A DNA stretch of 49,433 nucleotides from Betaproteobacteria bacterium (lineage in GTDB: Bacteria; Pseudomonadota; Gammaproteobacteria; Burkholderiales; Gallionellaceae), in NCBI GenBank assembly GCA_020055845.1, contig JAGVIV010000017.1, positions 1 through 49,433 of the forward strand. Reading direction: 5' to 3'. Both the position numbers and the translations under genes were made by a program. Below are positions 43,584 through 49,433 of this stretch, one piece after another (within the stretch, counting starts at the first letter, position 1; the number at the start of each line of letters is the position of its first letter). The notes beneath the pieces were generated by a model. The model was not told the origin of the DNA, made no database searches, and saw only the letters and a list, made by a program, of their open reading frames with translations.

Positions 43584-44971
43584 ATGCATCCAAACACATA
43601 AAACTTATGTCTTGGTATCTCTTTGCGGTTTTGTGTTTTGTACCTACTCTTTTTTTCTATTACGTAGGCGAGGAAGGCGTTTTTACCCTGAACTCCTTGG
43701 AGATGTGGCAGCGACAAGAGTTTATGAGCACGGTGATGTATGGTGCCATTGGCGGTGGCGGCGGGCGTCCGCCGTTGTTTAATTGGTTGATGATCCCGAT
43801 TGCGAATTTCATCGGCTGGGAAAACGTACTAATCGCTTCACGTATTGTTACCGTTTCTGCAACGATAAGTACGAGCCTGATTATAGGCTGGCTAGCACAT
43901 CAATTATGGCGCGACAAGTCGATTTCATGGCTTGCCGCTTTGCTGTATCTGGTGACAGCTGATGTCATGCTTGATCATGGGTGGCAGTCATATGCAGATC
44001 CTCTATTTTCGATGTTCGTTGTGCTCTCCATCGCACTAGCCTGGGGTGCTTGCTTGCGTAACAGTTATTGGTTGCTGGGTGCAGCAATGGTGGCAACTTT
44101 TGCGGCGTTTTTGACGAAAGCATTTACGGTGTATGTGTTTTTCGGTATTTCTCTGTTGATTTTGATAAGCATTGCGGATTTCCGTCGCTTTTTGCTGAAT
44201 CCTAGAGCTTGGGGGATTTATGTGTTTGCCGTTCTGATGCCGCTTATCTGGTTAAAACTGGGTACTCATGATGCAGCTCAAGATACAAAAATGGCTAGTG
44301 ATATTCTGGAAAAATTGGCTGTCCCGAACATTGCAGACTATTTGAAAAGACTGGTGATTTATCCTGCGGAAATGTTGATACGTCTAATGCCAGCCAGTTT
44401 TTTTATTGGTTATTTTATTTTTCGTCAGCGCGACATTGTTCTACAGCATCCGGCAGTTCGTATATCGTTGCTCATTGCGCTGTTTAACTTCTTGCCATAC
44501 CTGCTTTCTCCACAGGGCGGGGTACGCTATGTTATTCCGGTTTTTGCCTTTGTTGTGCTTGCAGCAGCCTACCTCCTCATGCAAAAAAACAGCCCTTTTC
44601 AAATTAAAAAATGGCTTATCGTGATGCTCGCCATTGGGTTTGTTGCTCGGTTTTTGATTTTTCCTTACTACCAGAAAACAGTTCGCGGAGAAAACTATGC
44701 TCAGATGGCCAAAGAAATAGTGGCTAAATATGGACAGTATCCGCTTTATGCAACCAATGTCTCGTCAGTCGGCTTATCGGTAGTAGCGAATATTGACAGT
44801 ATGCAATCAAATCGTCCGGCATTGATTTGGCCGCCCTCTGATTTCAAAGAAGGGATAGTCATTGCATATTCGCCCAATGATGTTCCCGGGCTGTTGCTAA
44901 GAACCCTTCACATCAACGGTGATTCAGTCAATTTAATTTGTCGGGGGGCGGCCTGCACTGCCGAAAAATAA
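43580..44971 (+). CDS. GT-C fold membrane glycosyltransferase (ArnT/PMT, GT39/GT83-like)
   Basis: 463 aa and polytopic. The first periplasmic loop has an acidic EEG motif, followed by RPPLFNWLM as in ArnT-type enzymes. ATGA overlap with gtrA. Confidence 0.7.
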   Translation: MNASKHIKLMSWYLFAVLCFVPTLFFYYVGEEGVFTLNSLEMWQRQEFMSTVMYGAIGGGGGRPPLFNWLMIPIANFIGWENVLIASRIVTVSATISTSLIIGWLAHQLWRDKSISWLAALLYLVTADVMLDHGWQSYADPLFSMFVVLSIALAWGACLRNSYWLLGAAMVATFAAFLTKAFTVYVFFGISLLILISIADFRRFLLNPRAWGIYVFAVLMPLIWLKLGTHDAAQDTKMASDILEKLAVPNIADYLKRLVIYPAEMLIRLMPASFFIGYFIFRQRDIVLQHPAVRISLLIALFNFLPYLLSPQGGVRYVIPVFAFVVLAAAYLLMQKNSPFQIKKWLIVMLAIGFVARFLIFPYYQKTVRGENYAQMAKEIVAKYGQYPLYATNVSSVGLSVVANIDSMQSNRPALIWPPSDFKEGIVIAYSPNDVPGLLLRTLHINGDSVNLICRGAACTAEK

Positions 44972-45339
44972 CATCGATTGGAATTTCGATGAAAATCGCA
45001 GCAGTATCCGCACGGTCTTCAGCTCGGAGAATATCTCCCGGCTACGCTGCTACGCCGTCGGCGTTATTTAGTTTATCTCCGATGGCAAATGCAGCGTTGC
45101 ACAAAAACTGCATCAGTTGAGCTGAAGTACCCGTTTGGTCTTCAACTATTTGCGCATGACAAATAATTCAACTTGCGCGCAATTGACTTGATTTGCGAGG
45201 GAGAACAAATTTGCCCTGGACGATGTCGCCGATTACTTGAAGAATGTGACTCTTTACTTTATAAGCGGGTATGACAACGCTGATTTTGGCGGGTGCGGTG
45301 TTAGACATTCATTTTCCCTTGCTCACTCGGTAGGGTGAG

Positions 45340-45367
45340 CTGTCTTAATTAGACAGTTAATTTTTTT
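45340..45367 (+). terminator. candidate intrinsic terminator/attenuator 15 nt upstream of the apaH start
   Basis: CTGTCT-TAATT-AGACAG forms a 6-bp stem, followed by TTAATTTTTTT. A GC-richer hairpin, GCTCAC-N8-GTGAGC (45321-45340), precedes it. Confidence 0.4.
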
Positions 45368-45382
45368 GAAATGTAACATGCG

Positions 45383-46204
45383 ATGGCTATTTACGCGATA
45401 GGCGATATACAAGGCTGTTATAACGAGCTTCAGCTGCTGCTGGAGAAGATCCGTTTTGATGCGGCGCAAGACCGGCTTTGGCTGGTGGGGGATTTGGTCA
45501 ATCGCGGGCCCGATTCTTTGCGTGTGCTGCGACTGGTCAAGTCGCTGGGCGACCGCGCAATCACCGTGCTGGGCAATCACGATTTGCACCTGTTGGCGGT
45601 GGCGGCGGGCGAGGCCGAGCTGCATCGCGGTGACACGCTGGACGAGGTGTTGAATGCCCCGGATCGCGATGAGCTGCTGGTATGGTTGCGCCATCAACGT
45701 TTGTTATATGCCGAAGCGGGTTATGTACTGGTTCATGCTGGATTGCTGCCGCAATGGAGTGTCACGCAAGCGCTCGGCTTGGGGCAAGAGGTGGAACAGG
45801 CATTGCGCGGCGATGACTATGCGGTTTTCTTTGAGCACATGTACGGAAATTCCCCGCACGGATGGCGTGATGATCACCGTGGCTATAAGCGTCTGCGTGT
45901 GATTGCTAATGCGCTAACACGTATGCGTATCTGCACGCCCCAGGGCGATATGGAATTCAAATTCAAAGGTGAAGTGGAAAAAGTACCGCATGGCTATTTG
46001 CCCTGGTTCGATTTGCCCGGACGCAAGAGTGCAGAGGTAACCGTTATATTTGGCCACTGGTCAGCCTTGGGCTTGCAGGTGCGGGGAGATGTCATCGCAC
46101 TGGATACCGGTTGTCTATGGGGCGGGCCACTTACGGCGATTCGACTTGAAGATCGTCAGTTGTTTCAGGTGATGTGCAAAGATCCGGTGGCGCAGGACTG
46201 GTAA
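45383..46204 (+). CDS. apaH: bis(5'-nucleosyl)-tetraphosphatase (symmetrical)
   Basis: MAIYAIGDIQG, GDLVNRGPDS and VLGNHDLHLL metallophosphatase motifs in the ApaH arrangement. 273 aa. Confidence 0.9.
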   Translation: MAIYAIGDIQGCYNELQLLLEKIRFDAAQDRLWLVGDLVNRGPDSLRVLRLVKSLGDRAITVLGNHDLHLLAVAAGEAELHRGDTLDEVLNAPDRDELLVWLRHQRLLYAEAGYVLVHAGLLPQWSVTQALGLGQEVEQALRGDDYAVFFEHMYGNSPHGWRDDHRGYKRLRVIANALTRMRICTPQGDMEFKFKGEVEKVPHGYLPWFDLPGRKSAEVTVIFGHWSALGLQVRGDVIALDTGCLWGGPLTAIRLEDRQLFQVMCKDPVAQDW

Positions 46205-46224
46205 AAGTCCCGCGTCGTTTTTTT
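46189..46224 (+). terminator. rho-independent terminator of apaH
   Basis: GGCGCAGGACT-GGTAAA-AGTCCCGCGTC forms an 11-bp stem with 2 mismatches and the stop codon in the loop. GTTTTTTT follows directly. Confidence 0.6.
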
Positions 46225-46235
46225 CGGAGCCTTGA

Positions 46236-46499
46236 TTAATAGCGACGTTGTGGAGAAGGCGTGTAGCTGCCGCTGCGCACATCGAGATGGCGAAAGGTGA
46301 TGCGCCCCTTGCTCAAATCGTAGGGTGAAAGTTCCAGCGAAACCTTATCGCCGGCGATGATCCGAATATGGTTCTTCTTCATCTTGCCCGCACTATAAGC
46401 AATGAGTTTGTGGCCATTCTCCAGCGTGACGCGGAAGCGCGAGTCCGGCAGTACTTCATCTACCAGACCGTTCATTTCGAGCAGCGCTTCCTTCGCCAT
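46236..46499 (-). CDS. infA: translation initiation factor IF-1 paralogue with a 15-aa C-terminal extension
   Basis: [70 protein letters not shown] aligns with IF-1 end to end. It then continues with [17 protein letters not shown]. The ATG shares one nucleotide with the csp stop (TAATG). Confidence 0.8.
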   Translation of the reverse strand: MAKEALLEMNGLVDEVLPDSRFRVTLENGHKLIAYSAGKMKKNHIRIIAGDKVSLELSPYDLSKGRITFRHLDVRSGSYTPSPQRRY

Positions 46500-46705
46500 T
46501 AGTCTGCGCCCTGAATGTTCGATGCTTGCTGGCCTTTGGGGCCGGCGGTAATGTCGAAACTTACGCGCTGACCTTCGGTCAGTGTCTTGAATCCTGCGCT
46601 CTGTATCGCGGAAAAATGCGCAAACAAATCGTCGCCGCCATTTTCAGGTGTGATGAAGCCAAAACCTTTTGCATCGTTGAACCATTTGACTGTGCCTAGT
46701 GCCAT
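46499..46705 (-). CDS. CspA-family cold-shock protein
   Basis: 68 aa with RNP1 KGFGFI and an RNP2-like DLFAHF. GGAG SD 7 nt upstream. Confidence 0.9.
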   Translation of the reverse strand: MALGTVKWFNDAKGFGFITPENGGDDLFAHFSAIQSAGFKTLTEGQRVSFDITAGPKGQQASNIQGAD

Positions 46706-46931
46706 GTGAATCTCCTGAAAAATAAAGGGGCATGCCCCGAAAGGGCGAAGGTCAAGAGGACAAGCAGATGCAGGGAGGAATGCCGCGAAAACGGAGACTA
46801 ACCAGACAACAACGAGAGGACTTGAAAATCGCTGGCGCGCACTGTGCGCGTTATCGGGAGGAATAGCAAACTAATCTTTGCTTTTTTATCCAAAGCTTGC
46901 GGGGCGATGCGCGGCACCACCCCGCATACGA

Positions 46932-47870
46932 TTACAGCGTGATGGAAAAACCGAAATGCTTTTTAAACAGTTCGGCAATCTCAGCATGCGAGTGACGGTG
47001 ATTTTGTCCGCCGCGGCTAGCAATTTTGAGCGAACCCATGAGCGAAGCCAGACGGCCTGTGGTTTCCCAATCCCAGCCGCGTTCGATTCCGTACAACAAA
47101 CCGGCGCGATAGGCATCACCGCAACCTGTCGGATCGACGATGGCGGCGGGCTTGGGGGTGGGAATGGCGATCTGTTTGCCGCCGGTGTAAATCATAGAAC
47201 CGTCCGCCCCGAGGGTGACGATAAGGGCGGTCACGCGCTGCGCGATGTCGGCCAATGTTTTGCCTGTCTTGTCCTGCAGCAATTGCGCCTCGTAATCGTT
47301 CACCGTCACATAGTTCGCTTGTTCGATGAATTCGAGCAACTCGGCACCGGAGAACATCGGCATGCCCTGACCCGGATCGAACACGAAGGGAATATTGGCG
47401 TCGGCGAATTCTTGCGCGTGTTTCAACATGCCATCGCGACCGTCGGGTGACACGATGCCAAGCGTAACTTCTTTGGCTGCATTCACATGGTTGAGATGCG
47501 ACATCGACATCGCGCCGGGATGGAAAGCGGTAATCTGGTTGTCGTCCAGGTCGGTGGTAATGAATGCCTGTCCGGTGAAATTGCCGGCTACGGTGCGGAT
47601 ATGGGTCTGTGGCAAACCGAGTTTCTCCAAGCGTGTGGCATACGGTCCGAAGTCGTCTCCCACGGTTGCCATGAGCAGGGGGCGACCGCCCAACAGTTGT
47701 AGGTTGTACGCGATGTTGCCGGCGCAGCCGCCGTATTCGCGGCGCATCTCCGGGACCAGAAAGGAGACGTTGAGCATGTGAATCTGGTCGGGCAGTATGT
47801 GTTTTTTGAAATGGTCTTTAAACACCATGATGGTGTCGTATGCAACGGAACCGCAGATCAGAGTATTCAT
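46932..47870 (-). CDS. PfkB-family carbohydrate/nucleoside kinase (adenosine-kinase-like)
   Basis: 312 aa with GGCAGNIAYNL and the C-terminal ATP/anion-hole motif DPTGCGDAYRAG. Confidence 0.75.
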   Translation of the reverse strand: MNTLICGSVAYDTIMVFKDHFKKHILPDQIHMLNVSFLVPEMRREYGGCAGNIAYNLQLLGGRPLLMATVGDDFGPYATRLEKLGLPQTHIRTVAGNFTGQAFITTDLDDNQITAFHPGAMSMSHLNHVNAAKEVTLGIVSPDGRDGMLKHAQEFADANIPFVFDPGQGMPMFSGAELLEFIEQANYVTVNDYEAQLLQDKTGKTLADIAQRVTALIVTLGADGSMIYTGGKQIAIPTPKPAAIVDPTGCGDAYRAGLLYGIERGWDWETTGRLASLMGSLKIASRGGQNHRHSHAEIAELFKKHFGFSITL

Positions 47871-47923
47871 AGGGCTTAAGAGTATTGGTTAATGTATGAA
47901 AGGAAGGATTATAGCAGCGGTAT

Positions 47924-48292
47924 TTAGGCTGTCAGCACGAGTACCCATATCGCCGCGGCATTGATAAGGCTGACTAGTACGGCGGCGCTGCCGATGTCTT
48001 TGGCGCGCTTCGCCAGATCGTGGTCTTCCAGCGAAATGCGGTCCACGGTGGCTTCGATGGCGGAGTTAATTAATTCGACGAGCAGTACCAGCAGGATGCT
48101 ACCGATCATGAGTGCTTTGCCGATATGACCGACGGGTAGCCACAGTGCCAAGGGGATGGCGAGCGCGGCGGCCAGCAATTCCATACGGAACGCGTCTTCA
48201 TTTTGATATGCGGCGCGGAAGCCCTCCATTGAGTAGCCCAGCGCATTCCATAAACGTGTCAGGCCGGTTTTTCCTTTGTAAGGACTTTGCAT
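47924..48292 (-). CDS. dgkA: diacylglycerol kinase
   Basis: 122 aa with 3 TM, LVELINSAIEATVDRIS and AKDIGSAAV motifs. Confidence 0.85.
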   Translation of the reverse strand: MQSPYKGKTGLTRLWNALGYSMEGFRAAYQNEDAFRMELLAAALAIPLALWLPVGHIGKALMIGSILLVLLVELINSAIEATVDRISLEDHDLAKRAKDIGSAAVLVSLINAAAIWVLVLTA

Positions 48293-48319
48293 GTATACCT
48301 CGAAACAAGAGAGAAGCCG

Positions 48320-48841
48320 TTATTGTAGTGCAGCCAGTGCCGTTGTGTAATCGGGCTCGTGTGTGATGTCATCCACCAGTTCGGCGTGGATTATCCTGTT
48401 ATTCTCGTCCAGCACCAATACGGCACGCGCGGTCACGCCGGACAGCGCGGTATCGGCAATCTTCACCCCGTAATTGCGCATGAAATCGCGACCGCGCATC
48501 AGCGACAGTGTCACCACGTTCTCCAATCCTTCGGCCACGCAGAAACGGCTCATGGCAAACGGCAGGTCGGCGGAGATTAGCAGTACCACTGTGTTGTACA
48601 GTTTTCCCGCAGCCTCGTTGAACTTGCGCGCGGAAGTGGCACATACGGCGGTGTCCAGACTTGGCACGATGTTCAGTACCTTGCGTTTCCCCGCGAAGCT
48701 TTGCAGCGCCACATCCTTCAGGTCTTTATCCACCAGCGTGAATGCCGGAGCAATTTGTCCGACGGCAGGAAATGTCCCGAACAGAGTGACGGGAGCGCCG
48801 CCCAGAGTGACAGCGGTTTTGTTGCTAGTGTCTTTGGCCAT
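48320..48841 (-). CDS. tpx: thiol peroxidase (Tpx-type peroxiredoxin)
   Basis: [12 protein letters not shown] peroxidatic-Cys motif and a resolving Cys in RFCVAEG. The start at ATG 48841 (MAKDTSNK...) gives 173 aa. The longer track ORF reads through the REP-like element. Confidence 0.85.
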   Translation of the reverse strand: MAKDTSNKTAVTLGGAPVTLFGTFPAVGQIAPAFTLVDKDLKDVALQSFAGKRKVLNIVPSLDTAVCATSARKFNEAAGKLYNTVVLLISADLPFAMSRFCVAEGLENVVTLSLMRGRDFMRNYGVKIADTALSGVTARAVLVLDENNRIIHAELVDDITHEPDYTTALAALQ

Positions 48842-48862
48842 GATAGGTCTCCGCTTTGGTTG

Positions 48863-48923
48863 TGTAGGAGCGAGCTTGCTCGCGAAGGTATTAAAAATCT
48901 TCGCGGCTAAAGCCGCTCCTACA
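48863..48923. repeat. REP-like compound palindrome (two inverted units, each with its own internal hairpin)
   Basis: TGTAGGAGC-GAGCTTGCTC-GCGAAG ... CTTCGC-GGCTAAAGCC-GCTCCTACA. The outer 9-bp and 6-7-bp arms are exact complements. The internal palindromes GCGAGCTTGCTCGC and GCGGCTAAAGCCGC differ between the two units. Confidence 0.8.
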
Positions 48924-48933
48924 ATGGGTTTGT

Positions 48934-49433
48934 TTACGACTTGACTGGTGGGCAAGTGCAAACCAGATGCTTATCGCCGTATACATTATCCACTCTTGCC
49001 ACGGCAGGCCAGAACTTATTCTCGCGCACCCATGCAAGCGGATAGGCGGCCTGCTCGCGCGAGTAAGGACGTGCCCACTCGTTGGCACAAACCGATTTCG
49101 CGGTATGCGGTGCATGCTTGAGAATGTTGTCCTTCTTGTCCACTTTGCCGGAGACTACTTCTTCGATCTCCTTGCGGATGGCGATCATCGCGGCGCAGAA
49201 GCGATCCAGCTCGGCCTTGGATTCGCTCTCGGTCGGCTCGACCATAAGCGTATCCACTACGGGGAAAGAAGTCGTCGGTGCGTGGAAGCCGAAGTCCATC
49301 AGGCGTTTGGCGATGTCCCCCACTTCCACGCCTTCTTTCTTCCACTCGCGGCAATCGAGAATCATCTCGTGCGCGCAGCGGCCATTGCTGCCGCTGAACA
49401 GCGTGGCGTAATGATCCTTCAGCGATTCCTTGA
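48934..49433 (-). CDS. gcvP: glycine dehydrogenase (decarboxylating), C-terminal part (5' end outside the window)
   Basis: [33 protein letters not shown] and the C-terminal [12 protein letters not shown] are GcvP/GcvPB hallmarks. The frame is open to the window edge. Confidence 0.85.
   Translation of the reverse strand, partial: KESLKDHYATLFSGSNGRCAHEMILDCREWKKEGVEVGDIAKRLMDFGFHAPTTSFPVVDTLMVEPTESESKAELDRFCAAMIAIRKEIEEVVSGKVDKKDNILKHAPHTAKSVCANEWARPYSREQAAYPLAWVRENKFWPAVARVDNVYGDKHLVCTCPPVKS

Noticed and set aside
44938-45120. 60-aa ORF, with an internal 43-aa ATG version from 44989, in the gap after the GT-C gene. A start-less frame at about 45200-45335 encodes FALDDVADYLKNVTLYFISGYDNADFGG....
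   Set aside because: There are no SD sequences, the first ORF is Ala/Ser/Arg-rich with no motif, and the second has no start codon. Either could be a gene remnant, but I cannot support a call.
46899-46925. GCGGGG-N15-CCCCGC hairpin just downstream of the pfkB-family gene, as a possible terminator.
   Set aside because: On the transcribed (minus) strand it is followed by AAGCUUUGGAUAAAAAAG rather than a U-tract. It may still stabilise the 3' end, but I cannot call it an intrinsic terminator.
48842-48961. N-terminal 40-aa extension of the tpx ORF (213-aa version).
   Set aside because: It reads through the REP-like palindrome (giving ...FASKLAPT...) and overlaps the gcvP 3' end. Tpx proteins are about 165-175 aa, and the ATG at 48841 fits.
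1-49433. Scan for CRISPR arrays, IS elements or transposases, integrases, prophage genes, toxin-antitoxin pairs and known defence-system hallmarks.
   Set aside because: Every ORF above about 100 aa is accounted for by housekeeping, respiratory or envelope-glycan functions, or by the two unknown envelope proteins. No spaced direct-repeat array or terminal inverted repeats were seen.

Overview
This 49.4-kb chromosomal window comes from a Gram-negative proteobacterium. Gene content and order look betaproteobacterial, but the taxon cannot be verified here. All product calls rest on motifs read by eye in the supplied ORF translations; no searches were run.

Layout:
- 1-2.2 kb: hemW-like 3' end, trmB-thiG-thiS on the minus strand, and tRNA-Gly(CCC).
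- 2.2-10.9 kb: a complete cbb3 oxidase locus, ccoNOQP, an unannotated 40-codon single-helix ORF, then ccoGHIS. A perfect FNR box precedes it.
- 10.9-16.8 kb: an MscS-family channel, two unknown envelope proteins, and fnr divergent from hemN plus an NMO-like flavoprotein. fnr and hemN share a second FNR box.
- 16.9-22.7 kb: a tightly coupled string of gshA-like, apbE, a 68-aa ORF, PTS EIIA(Man-type), HPr and EI, followed by a pcm-like methyltransferase.
- 22.7-27.5 kb: tolC, then waaA, a GT9 heptosyltransferase and manC on the minus strand.
- 27.8-45.0 kb: a mosaic LPS/O-antigen region. It holds a Wzx flippase, an FkbM methyltransferase, two paralogous GT2 genes, a Zn-ribbon C-methyltransferase-like enzyme, two more GT2 genes, a wbpK/L/M-like trio, a Wzy_C/O-antigen-ligase protein, two core-type GT2 genes, and a GtrB-GtrA-GT-C (ArnT-like) module.
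- 45.0-49.4 kb: a 410-bp structured non-coding gap, apaH, a csp gene overlapping an IF-1 paralogue, pfkB-family kinase, dgkA, tpx, a REP-like compound palindrome, and the gcvP 3' end.

I saw no CRISPR array, rRNA, transposase, integrase or phage gene, and no recognisable defence or toxin-antitoxin system.

The items most worth follow-up:
- the micro-ORF inside the cco locus;
- the FNR wiring of ccoN, hemN and fnr;
- the low-GC glycan modules, with two methyltransferases and the GtrB/GtrA/GT-C triad;
- the attenuator-like leader in front of apaH;
- the translationally coupled csp-infA pair;
- the slippage-prone repeats in the apbE signal-peptide region.
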